Notes under the pieces: model-generated | The model's database searches: none | Told to the model about the DNA's origin: nothing | Seen by the model: the letters and a program-made list of their open reading frames with translations, nothing else | Part shown: in pieces, positions 12,265 to 23,784 of the stretch | Numbering within the stretch: position 1 is the first letter of the stretch | Layout of the letters: every line of letters starts with the position of its first letter | Translations under genes and position numbers: made by a program | Assembly: GCA_964016885.1 (NCBI GenBank) | Contig: OZ024740.1 | Span: forward strand, 133,300,001-133,364,000 | Direction: 5' to 3' | DNA length: 64,000 nt | From: Eledone cirrhosa | Taxonomy: Eukaryota

Positions 12265-12297
12265 GTGGGCGGCAGAGCCAAAGGAGAGTGTAGAGAC

Positions 12298-14195
12298 CTA
12301 CCTTTCCGCTTCCCGGGGTTCGGGTTGCACGACTTCCATGTGGTCGGGGGTGTTGGGTGAAGGGGTGTCTTGTAGTGGTGTGGGGTCGTCATTGTGTGGT
12401 AGGGTTGGGGTGTTTGGAGTTGTGTTGGGGAGGGGAAGGGGAGGGGAAAGCTTTTTAGTAGAACGCGGGTTATGGGTTTGACAGAGGATGGTCCTACGTC
12501 CTCCTTAAAATCCTTTTTTAGTTTTTGGTAGAGGTTCATTGGGATCTTTATAAATTTTAAATGTGGGTAGTTTTCTGACGAAACAAAGTTTACACCTTCG
12601 GTTTGTACCGAAGGATTATTGTATATGAGTTCATTTAATTTATTATTGTTTCTGTTGATGTAAGTATAGTGTAATGTCTTTTTTTCGGATGGTGTGAGTG
12701 TTTCGAAGAGGGGAGGGGCAGGTTTGGTTTTGTTTGTTGCTGGAGGGGTGTTTCCTGTTTTGTTGGATTGTGTTGAGATTTGGGTGGGGGTTGTTTGTCC
12801 TTGTGTGTTTTGCACATGTTTTCTTTTTTTCCTTTTAATCTGTCTGAAGGACTCCGTTTCTTCCTCCGAATTCGTTGGGTTATCTTCAGTGTTGGAGGGA
12901 AGAGGTATGTTTGCTGGTAATGTTTCCGTGTTGGTTTTCTTTGTGGGGGAGATGGATGTCACTATGTTAGACTGTGTTGTGTGTTGTGTCTGCGGTGGTT
13001 GTGTTGTTTTATTGAGTGAGAGGTTGGGTGGGCCTGTATTTTGTTTTGGGGTAATGTGTTGTGACTGTTTGTGTTGTGGTGGTGTTGTGGTTTTACTGAG
13101 GGACGGGTTGGGTGGGACTGAGTTTTGTTGTTTGTTTATCTGTTGTGGTGGTGGTGGTGGAGCTGGTGTTGGTAGTAGGGTTTTCTTTTTGTTGAGTTGG
13201 CGACAAGCGGCCTTCAGGTGCCCTCTGCCTGCACAGATATGGCAGGACGGCCGTCTCCCCTCCACGCTAATGTTTATATACCCGTGGTCCTCTAATAGGA
13301 TTCTGTCGGGTATTTGGGCGATGCGTTCAGGCTTCATTTGCACTACCAGCTCTATACCTGTTCCACTGAACGCATTGCCTGTGGTTTTCCCAATGGAAAT
13401 CACGTTGTCATTCACTGGATCGATGAAGCCAGCTATGAGCCAGCAGTAGTCCACATCTGGCATCATTGCATCCAGCCATATGCGTTGAGTTCTTTTCCCC
13501 ATATAAGATGGATAAAAGGTGAAATTTTTCGAACGAATCGGTGACAAAGCACATTTTTTTGCCGCCGATTCGTTCTTCATGATAATTGCTAGGCTTCCAT
13601 ACAGTCTGTCTTTTCTTATGAAAGTGGTTTCATTAAGTACTTCTGTGAGTACTGTTTTGATATCTGCTTGAGAAGGCTGTTCAGGTTTTTTTGTACTGTT
13701 GTTGATGGTCCGAAACTTGACCGTTCGGCTTTCAATGTCTTTGGTGAATTCTTGAGGCATTTTTACCGATAAAATACCATTCTCTCCTTCACTTATGTAT
13801 TGTTTGGCGTCTGTGATCCTTCGTGCCACATCTGAAATATTTTCCGCTATATAAGTCAAAGATTTCTTTGTTTTCTGTGCAAATGAAATCTTGTCGTCTG
13901 CTTTGCTTTCTGATATGGTGTTATTTTCAAATGTTATTTTTGTGTTTGTTGTGTCTTTGTTTGTGTTATTAGTATTGTCATGCAATTTTTCAAATTTTTT
14001 TCTTCGTTGTTGGAATTCGTGTCCAGATTTGTGTTTTCGTCATTTTTTTTTCTCCGCAGATTCGTCTGTTTTTATTTTAATTTTTCCTTCCTTCTCTATG
14101 ACGTTAGTTGGGAAGGAAGGGGGGACTAAAGCGTGCGAGCTTACAACTCTTACCGCTGTCCCCCCACCACTATTTTCGTTCGCTGCGTTTAACAT
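12298..14195 (-). pseudogene. ORF1 of copy C (CCHC zinc knuckle)
   Basis: MLNAANENSGGGTAVR aligns with the A N terminus; in-frame TGA at 14040; CHICAGRGHLKAAC knuckle; frameshift near 12460. Confidence 0.85.
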
Positions 14196-14427
14196 TTCTG
14201 TTAGACGATTGAAATTTTTTGCCGCAAAATTTTTTAAAACAGGTTTTTCACCTCTAGGAGGGGTAAAGATGAGCTGACCCACCGCCTGACAGTTCAGACG
14301 GGGGGTCAAGCTACACAATTGTATCAAAATTAAGTTTGAACTCACAAATTTTCCTCAATAAATTTGAACAAAACTTCTGCGCGAAGTGAATGACATCCAC
14401 ACTGTAGAACAGACGACAGCTAGATTA

Positions 14428-14503
<76 letters not shown>
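14428..14503. repeat. (ATAG)n microsatellite at the 5' flank of copy C
   Basis: Direct reading. Confidence 0.97.
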
Positions 14504-14543
14504 ATATACACGGGTGTGTATGATTGTGTATAGAAGATTATAG

Positions 14544-14851
14544 TAATAAAAGGAATTCCAACTTTTGTCTGATTTACTCGTTTTATTTACAATCCTTTAA
14601 AATTTATATTGGTATTACAATGAAATAGTATGGTAGAATATTAAATGTTAAGTGTTCAACTATTGAAAATTGCAAACTTGACTGTCACCACACATTATGA
14701 ACCTGAAGATTGCGAAAGCATGAAAGTACTTGTTCAATTAACACTTAACATTTTATATTCTACCATACTATTTCATTCTAATACCATTATAAATTTTAAA
14801 GGATTGTAAATAAAACGAGTAAATCAGACAAAATTGGAATTCCTTTTATTA
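14544..14851. mobile_element. Short Penelope-type pLTR insertion with inverted arms (about 120 bp) around a hammerhead motif
   Basis: TAATAAAAGGAATTCCAA... at 14544 is reverse-complemented at about 14735-14851; followed by (AT)n. Confidence 0.7.
14698..14736 (+). ncRNA. Minimal type I hammerhead ribozyme motif
   Basis: TGAAC-CTGAAGA-T-TGC-GAAA-GCA-T-GAAA-GTAC-TT-GTTCA: stem I TGAAC/GTTCA, canonical core, palindromic stem III, CUU cleavage triplet. Confidence 0.75.
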
Positions 14852-14989
14852 ATATATATATATATATATATAAGAATTAAAATACTAGAGTGTGTTGGAG
14901 TTAAAAACACTCTTCATTTTATAGAAATGACAGTATAAGATATAGCTTAATGTAATTAAACAGAGCCGAAGAAATTGATAGAAATGATA

Positions 14990-16489
14990 GAGCGGTCAAC
15001 TTTTTAGATGTGACTTTGGACTTGGTCACTAATAGTTATAAACCCTTCCATAAGCCAAATGAGATACTCTCTTATGTTAATCCCAATTCTAACCACCCCA
15101 AATCTATGATTAGCTCTATAATTAACGGTGCATCTAATAGAATTTCCACACTCTCTAAGGATATAGGAATATTTAATTCACATGCGGAGTACTATAATAA
15201 TGCCCTAGCTAACTCTGCTTACTCTGGTAAAATACGTTATAATGAGAACAACCTTAGAAAGTCTCCGTTTACCCATATTAAAATAACATAATTTCCCATA
15301 ATATGGCCATGAATGGGAGTAGAAAGCATAAGAATCGTAGAAATCCCATAGGTGTATCCGAACCCATCCATAGGTTAAGCTACCGTAATCGTAATAGTGA
15401 GTCTAATGGTACACTTTTCGGGATTAGTTCTAGGGAACAAGTTAGGCACTCTGATCGCTCACCCAGTGGTAATGTTTTTACTAATTCTAATAGTGTTGTT
15501 TCAACTGATCCTGGTAGTAACCCTAATCCTATTGATATGATTCCAGATAACAGTAGATATACTAAAGGTAGAAATAGAAGGAGACTCAATAGGGTTTTGG
15601 CTGCTTCTAATAATGTTGTTTCAACTAGTCCTCGTAGTAACCCTGATCCTATTAGTGGGATACTGGATAACGGTAGAGTTGGTAAGGATAGAAATAGGAG
15701 GAGACTCAATACTTATTTTAACCCGCCTTATGATCATGAAGTATTAACTAACATCCCTAGGTCTTTCTCTTGTATCTTAGAGAAAAATTTCCCTCCTTCT
15801 GATAAACACCATGGTATTTTTAATAAAAATGTAATTAAACTATCATTCTCTACTACCCCTCATATTAGTTCTCATTTAGCTAGCACTAACAATAGGAAAA
15901 TTAGGGACAGCTACTCCTCTTTGCGTACTACTAGTCTTGATAGATCCATTAATGCCTTACCACCTGAGCAGACCTTATCTTATAATAACACTAGGAGTGA
16001 TGCATCACTCATTCAGCCGGTCAATAGCACCCGGGAGTGTAACTGTAGAGTAAGTATTAACTGCCCTTTAAATGGTCACTGCCTCTCTAGGAACATTGTT
16101 TATGCTTGTGAAGTTAAGACTAATTCTTCTAATAGCACATATATAGGCTCCACATCTAATACTTTTAAAACTAGGTTTAATTCTTATATCTCTAATTTTA
16201 AGCATGTTAAGTTTAAGAAATCTACTTCTTTAGCACACCATAGCTGGGATCTTAAAGGGGCTGGTATTCCATATAGCCTTAATTGCGTATAGTAGCACGT
16301 TCTAATAACCTATCAACACACACTAAATTCTGTAATCTCTGTATCCTAGAGACCCACTCTATAAATTTCTCTAGAGAAGTTTTGCTTAATAGAAAGTCTG
16401 AGATATTTTCTTCCTGCCCCTATGCCATTTCTAATTCTTTCTTCTATTATAGACCTAAAAGTTCTGGTAGTTTAAATCGTATGCATTAG
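14990..16489 (+). pseudogene. Penelope-like element remnant (RT C terminus, linker, GIY-YIG endonuclease)
   Basis: NFLDVTL..YKPFHKPN..SNHP..RISTLS (PLE RT thumb), FNPPY, CNCR..CPLNGHC, NIVY..YIGST..FKTRF, CNLC; frameshifted. Confidence 0.88.
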
Positions 16490-18859
16490 GTGCTATATTT
16501 CCTTATCTTTTTTGTTTAGGTTCATTTTGATTACCATCATCATTATTATTATTAGTGTTTTACAGCTTTTCGATTTTAGTTTCCATAGTCTTTTGGCTAC
16601 CATACCCTATCTATCTTCTTAAGCATTACTATAGTTTCACTACTAACACCTTATGAGTTTATATCTTATTAAATACTTTGTTTGGAGTCTCATTCAACTA
16701 ATTAACCTCCTCCTCTACACACTTAATATCCGCCCCTTCTATTATACTATATATAATTTTCACCTTTATGCTCCATTTTTATGATATTATATAATATATT
16801 GATTTTACGTTTATGCTCCTTCCTATCCTCCATAACCTCTCTTCTTTCTGTTCCCATTGGTCTACCATAGTTCTATTTAGAGTCCTTTTATTTGATAACG
16901 TTATTCGACTGAACGGAGCATATTTTACTCTATTCTTGATAATCTTATTGAGATATCTTAAACTTATACGATTTTGATGACTTAAACACTAGCCAATTTT
17001 GAAGTGACAAAATATGTATTTTAAATACTTTTAATATTAATTAATTTAAACAGGTTTTCTAGTCAACTCTCCGGTTTACATTTCTATCTTTTTTCTTTTA
17101 CTTAACCGCTTGTGACACCTAAGTAAATATACTTGTTTTTGTTTTTCGATCTTCGGTTTATTTAATTTATTTTTTTACTACCACACGCTGTCTGTCTGAT
17201 CATGTAATTTCATTAATATATGTCTGTGTAAGTCAACCACGTAAATATATATATAAAGCATTTCCTTACACTCTGTTTGCTATTTGATATTAACGTTGTT
17301 ATATCATATGATTTTTATGTAATCGTAATATAGATTTTAATATATGTCTGTTATTTGAGGTACTGTTCTGTTATATTTTGTAATACTTTGTGATATTTTG
17401 GTAATATTTATGCCAATGTAAAATGACTTGACCTCCGTGTATTTGTTACAATGGTATAGATATTTTTTCAACACAATTTGTTCAACACAATTTAGTTCTA
17501 TATGATTTTTTTCTTACCCTGTGTAAAACTTTATACTATTTGTTAACCTTGAATTATATGTATGATGTAATTTTGTATATCTTTTGATGCCAATATATTT
17601 TAATATTGTTATTATAATGTTATTATAATGTTTTTATATTGTTTATGCACACTGACAGGGAATTATATGTTATATTTTATTTTTATTTTTATCTTTATTC
17701 TTATTTTTATCTTTATTATATTATACTGTAAACAATATATATATATATATTTAAATACTTAATAAGTGTTAGTTTGTGTTTGTACTAATGTGTATATGTA
17801 TAGATATATATATATATACATATATTAAGCTTTTTATTATCACCATCATGGACACACTAGAAGACGAAGAGCAACGTTAACGTATGTTGATGCCCTAAGG
17901 ACAGACACTGGTCTGTTGGATATATATATATATATTAAAATAACAGATTAATGTTTAAGCAAAGAATCGCTGCTTTCACCCTTAACGTGATCTTCTGAAA
18001 CTAACAAAGTCAATCTGTAAACACAGAAGTGGATATTTCAAAAACATTGCAACCGGAGGAAGACAAGAAGACGATACTTTGGTTCGTAGAAACGTTCCCT
18101 GGCAAAGAACGGGAAAAAACGAATATAATACGTCACTAATACAATTACGCGCAAAGACAGAACACCGTTTATGGTATAAAAGAGATTGTAGACTAATGTT
18201 CTCTTAGGTGGTTCATAGAGACGTTCTCTGGCAATAAACGAAAAAAACGAAGAGAATACGTCATATGTGGAGCGTGGAGAACAATTGCACGCAAAGACGA
18301 AACCACGTAAATGGTATAGCAGAAGTCGTAGACTAAAATTCTAACTAGGAGACCGAATGAATATCCGCTTCAGAGTTAAGAATAAAGTAAATAAATACAA
18401 TACAGAGGTAATAGAAATTAAATAGATACATACACGCATACAAATACGTACATACACAAGCATACGCGAAAACACTTACCATAGGAATACAAAACCACGC
18501 ACATATACATATGTGTGTGTGTGTGTGTGCGTGTATACAAATAAATAAATAATTAAATAAACGTATATAAATAAATAAATACGTATATAACAAGCGCACA
18601 CACATACCTACATGTAAATACTCAACAGTTCGGAGACGTAAGTCAACCAAAACATGAAGTACACATATACTCACTCCCTACATACGTACGAACCTGCATA
18701 CTCACACAGACGCAAAACTCCCGTATACACATAACCAAACCATATGTACCAGAATATATAAAAAAATATTTGCTCTACGGTTCTTATATATTTTATATAT
18801 ATTTATCCTTATCGAGCCCTCTTTGGATTTTAGTCTTCAAATTTATTATTATTACTATA

Positions 18860-19005
18860 TATATATCTCTCTCTATCTAAGGCGGGTAAAATTCCCGAGA
18901 TCCATGGACGAGTTCTCTCCAGCGGTCTCTGTCCCTCATTATCGCTGCCATGTCCTGCGTCTCCAACAGACCAGTGTATGTCCTTAGGGCATCAACATAC
19001 GTTAA
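18860..19005 (-). mobile_element. 3' end of an RTE-clade LINE (inverted overlapping fragment at 17843-17920)
   Basis: TYVDALRTYTGLLETQDMAAIMRDRDRWRELVHGSR resembles the RTE C terminus (G.R.RGR..T..D...DR..WR); short repeat tail after the stop. Confidence 0.65.
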
Positions 19006-19014
19006 ATTTAGCTC

Positions 19015-19570
19015 TACATGACTGAATACAATAAATGTGATCTGTGTTTTTCGAATATTAATAATAATATTCGATTCATTTGCGATTATGCAAACAAGCC
19101 TCATTTTTAAAGCCATGTCAGTAGAATAAGCCCCTCATTCTTGCTCTTGTGTTGGCATGTAAACAGAACTGCAGACACTAATGTTTCTGGGTATCACCCT
19201 TATCAGTACAGCTCACTGTTCACCTGCCAAACTGTCAGAGCTAGTGATAATATATGATATTCTTCTAAAATATATAGTGACTAATCGGCCTGATATGCAT
19301 ATTAGCTGACTGGCTTATCTGTCAGATCTGCATATTAGCAGATCCACTGATCAACCAGATTTGCATATCAGTAGAATGGTCAGTCAGTTTCCTGTATACG
19401 AGCAATCAATGGACGGGTTTGCCACGTTCAAATAAAAAAAAAATTCGCTTACATGGCTGAATACAATAAATGTAATCTGAGTTTTTCGAATATTAATAAT
19501 AATATTCGATCTGTTTGCAATCATGCAAACAAACCTCAGTTTTAAAGCCATATCAGTAGAATTAGCCCCC
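19015..19570 (-). mobile_element. Non-coding element with about 120-bp terminal direct repeats (period about 435) and a degenerate hammerhead at 19169-19211
   Basis: TACATG.CTGAATACAATAAATGT..AGCCCC at 19015-19134 and 19450-19570; minus strand CTGTA-CTGATAA-GGGTGATACCCA-GAAA-CATTAGTG-TC-TGCAG. Confidence 0.6.
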
Positions 19571-19586
19571 CCCCCCTTCTTGCTGT

Positions 19587-19761
<175 letters not shown>

Positions 19762-20040
19762 GTGGATCCTGTTATTCCCACCCTGCATCACGTTTGTTTT
19801 CCCTACACTTTAACCATAATAATCCTTATCATTATCTTACCTATTTATTTTATTCATCAACATTTCCTTCCTTCGATAGCTCTACCCCATTCATATTTAT
19901 TCGAATGTTGAATTTACAGTCTGGTAGTCCCATCACACAAATCTCACTCCTAATTTGTTCGGGCGATATTGTTGTTATTATTGTTATGAATATTTCTGTA
20001 GTTGCGACTAAAATTATTATTATTATTACTATGGAATCTG

Positions 20041-20241
20041 AGGACGGTGGATTGGCAGTATCGGTAGAGGGTCGGACGCCATGCTTTACAGCATAGAGTT
20101 ACGGCTCTTTATGATCTGAACTCAAATCCCGCCGTATGGGGTCGATAAAATAAAGTACCAGTCACACACTGTGGTCGATTTAATCGACTTTCCCCTCCCC
20201 CTAAATTACTGGCTTTGTGCCTATATAAGAAAGCATTATTA
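20041..20241 (+). mobile_element. tRNA-derived SINE, copy 1
   Basis: A box TGGCAGTATCGG, B-box-like AACTCAAATCC, core GGGGTCGATAAAATAAAGTACCAG, TTA tail; four copies in the window. Confidence 0.85.
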
Positions 20242-20252
20242 CTATGGAATCC

Positions 20253-20450
20253 AAGGGTGGTAGATTGGCCGAATCGGTAGAGTAGAGCGTCAGACACCAT
20301 GCTTTCTAGCATAGTTACGTCCCTTTACAGTCTGAGTCCAAATCCCGCCGAGGTTAACTTTGCCTTTCATCTTACGGGGTCGATAAAATAAAGTACCAGT
20401 AATGTACTAGGTAATTGCTGGCCTTGTGCCTAAAGTAGAGACAATTATTA
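20253..20450 (+). mobile_element. tRNA-derived SINE, copy 2 (tandem with copy 1)
   Basis: TGGCCGAATCGG, GTCCAAATCC, GCCTTTCATC..GGGGTCGATAAAATAAAGTACCAG, tail GCCTTGTGCCTAAAGTAGAGACAATTATTA. Confidence 0.85.
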
Positions 20451-21099
20451 CTCAGGAATCTGTGTCTGACGACCAGTACCACCACAACGGTTGTTAATAT
20501 TGTCCTCGTTACTGTGGTCAAAATTATTACTAATGTTCTTGCTGTTGTTGTCACGGCTGTTTAGCTTAAGTTTTAGTTATTTGGGCGGGATAGTGTCGTT
20601 GTAGCTGTTGCCGTTAAAAATAGATTATTATACAGCAGCTATGGTGGCGGCTGTCAATGTTGTTGTTGTTGTCTCGACTGTAGCTGTCATCACAATCGTT
20701 ATATCATCCACCACCAAAGTCTCTTTTATTACTCCCACTATCTTACGAAATTTAATTACACTTAGACTAACTGTCTGGCACCGGTCACCCGTATGGTTGG
20801 AAAAGATATTCCTTTGATAATTTACGACCACGTATCTGTGGTAGCTGCATGAAACCAGAATCACTTATTGACACATAAACAACGCCTCGCTCGACGAATT
20901 GTAAACAGAACAGCTTTGAGGACCCTTTAAGAACTAATATGTCAGCCAGGCACAAGAGAAGGCATATCACAAAATCGGATTTTCATCTGGAGATAACCTT
21001 CCCATCCATAACAATAACAAATGAAGAAGTTTGTGATTTCAATGCAGAAGTAAATGATAAAGTAGAAAATCAAACTTTCCAGTTGTTGTCTTCCTGTTT

Positions 21100-23210
21100 C
21101 TTCTACAACAACTACAACGGTACGCGATGGGGCCCACCCACACCCACGGCGGACAGAATTGAGAACGCGTTTCGCCGTAGGACGGCAAGGGAGACGCGCT
21201 GAAAAAGCCACTCCAACTCGCGGGGCTCACAGCTGCGGCTGGCCAGCTCAGGGCCTACGGTGGTGAGTAAGGAGGTAGCCCTCGGGCCGAGGACACCTGA
21301 GTCTCCAAAACCTGTCGGAGAGCGACCGGTATTTGAGGAGTTTGGCCCCGTCAGCATGACGTGCAGCAGAACCTGGGTCAGTCGCAGACTGCACAAGGTT
21401 GCAGCTGCATAAAGTGTCGGTGCAAGTGGCATCCCAGACGAGGGGTTTCCACCGCGGAACGGGAAGATGGTCATGCCATCTGACCTTTTGCCGTCCCCTC
21501 GATCCAGCCCCACTGACGCGAGCTGGGAAGGGAAGCCTCCAGCGTCCAAGCCATGCTTAATGACCTCGTTGAGGCCTGCATGGCGTAGAATGCGGCCGGC
21601 AGTGTGGGAGGCGACAGGAAAGCGGGTGGAGGACGAAAGAGTCCACAGTGGTACCGCAGCGACATTCGTGTGGCTGGCAGATCCGGAGGTCGAGCCTCAG
21701 GGAAATGCCGATGCGCAGGCTATAGTTGTCTAGCTGCGTGCCAGTGGAGAAGGAGGGCATGTCATGGAGCCAGGCACCACTGTGGGGATTGGAGGCCGCC
21801 CGAACACAGACAAGGCGGTGCTGGTCGAGCTGGCGCGTGAGCCAGTCTGAGGCCAGGATACACTGAATGGCGTCCCAAGTGCATTGGGGGGACTGGACGC
21901 AACAGGGGGAGAAGGAGGAGGGACGTCTATTGCGCTAAGTACCGATCGGTCACACGTCTCACAGGCGGCCTCACGTTCTCTGAACACAGAGGGATCTGTT
22001 GTGTTTTGAAGAACCCTGCTGACGAGGACGCGGCACGAGGTTCCCAACGAGAGATACGCCGTCAAAGCTAGTGAGATCGGGGACCGGATGCCAAGGCCGC
22101 CATAACAGACAGGTAAAGTGGCCTGTTGCCACCCTATGTCGTCAAACTTGACGTTACATATCTCCTCGGCTGCTGCTCGGATACAAGTATCGAGGTCAGC
22201 TAGGTGAGATGTCTGGGTGTAGCACGGAGCACTGCGGGGTGTATAGAGGAGCTTCGGCATGGCGAAGCAGTTCCTCAGCAGAAAGAAAGCTTGGTGGCCG
22301 TCAATCAAGCCCAGTCAGTTCGTGAGAGTCTGGAGCTGTTGAAGCCTGGACCTGATGGTGGAGCGGATGGCCGGTGGGTGGATCGGTGACCCCAGGATGA
22401 GGACATCTTCTTTGGTGGTCACCTGAACCTGGCGGAGAATGGACCGCACGTCCAAGACGGAGGCTGCAAATCTCGCAGCATCGAGGCTGACATTCATCAC
22501 CTCCGACTTGGCCGAGTTGACCTGGAGGCGGATTCCCGCCAGGGCAGCAACCACCGATTGAAGGTCATGGCAGACCCTCCGTACGGGCCCGCCCAACGTA
22601 GCATCATCCAGATACCAAACGTTGAGAGGAGCCGTGATATTCCGGGCGGTGTGGTGATTACCAAGGACGAACAGGAGAGGTCCCAAAAGGTCGCTCAGTT
22701 GGACCCCAGTAGCCGAGGGTATGACCGCATCAGTAGCAAGGAGCATGCTCGGGGCTCCATACGACAAGTAGGCCAGCGAGTAAGCAGAGGGGGCTCGGTT
22801 GAGGCAGGCCTCGAGCCGATGATCTCGGGGTTAAGAGTTGAAGGCATTCCTCATGTCAAGCTTGACAATGAGGTGCCCGGAGTCCTTGAATGCCGGTTCC
22901 GATGGGCAGCTGTTGAAGAACTGGCCGGTTGCATGAGCGGCCCCCTAACAGCCACCGGACACGCCGACACTCAGTTACACCGGACTAAACTCCTCACCCA
23001 GTTCGTGTGTTACGGAATTGCAGATCACCTTGGAAGCCAGCCTCCGGAAGACATTGCCCGCAGGAATGGGGCGCAAACCACCCTCTTTCTTCCTGAGAGC
23101 CGTAAGGCTGGCCGAAAAAAAAAGGCCTCGGGCGTATGAGCCCAGGGCGCCATGGATGAGCCTATTGGTGAGTGCCACAGGGGGAGTCTCAGATGGACCA
23201 AAACGCACCA
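21100..23210 (-). mobile_element. CRE-like non-LTR retrotransposon remnant (RT, zinc finger, restriction-like endonuclease), 5'-truncated
   Basis: GGLRPIPAGNVFRRLASK, TGVQ..D.LGPLLF, WYLDD, LP..YGGLG, CQPHECRCG..H.LSC, RSDG (RPDG-like), WLFQRVSLAVLRRNA; many frameshifts. Confidence 0.8.
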
Positions 23211-23405
23211 GAATACACAATCCTTAGGGTAGTAGAATGGGTATTATGCAGACCATCAACTAGATTTATTCTTAGCATAATGACTGTTGTCTAGCTTTCT
23301 GACTTCTAATTTTAAACTGTTAAGGTCTGGATCCTAGAATCTTTTCTGGGTTTTCGAGTTGTGAAACCTTTAATATTGTCTATAAGTTATATTAACGATA
23401 GAAGG

Positions 23406-23624
<219 letters not shown>

Positions 23625-23696
23625 CATTATGAAGAGAGAAGAAACATTTAGATATAATTAGTAATAAAATGTATCATACCTAAACTGTTCCTAAAT

Positions 23697-23784
23697 TCCT
23701 CGACTACGTAGTTTCGTGGCATAAACAAAAACAATATATCAAAGATATAGAGTCCTTGCGAGGTCTGCCGACTTATCAAGAGGA
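23697..23784 (-). ncRNA. Type I hammerhead ribozyme, U3:A8 core variant
   Basis: TCCTC-TTGATAA-GTCGGCA-(long loop)-TGCCAC-GAAA-CTACGTAG-TC-GAGGA. Confidence 0.78.

Larger units (their letters stand above)
8615..14418 (-). mobile_element. Tx1-like copy C, full-length but mutated, bordered by (ATAG)n
   Basis: 5' UTR similar to A; ORF1 14195-12298; ORF2 12264-8829 broken by frameshifts near 11780 and 11456 and a stop at 9504; 3' UTR with AATAAA and a short (CTAT) tail; (ATAG)n at 14428-14503. Confidence 0.93.
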
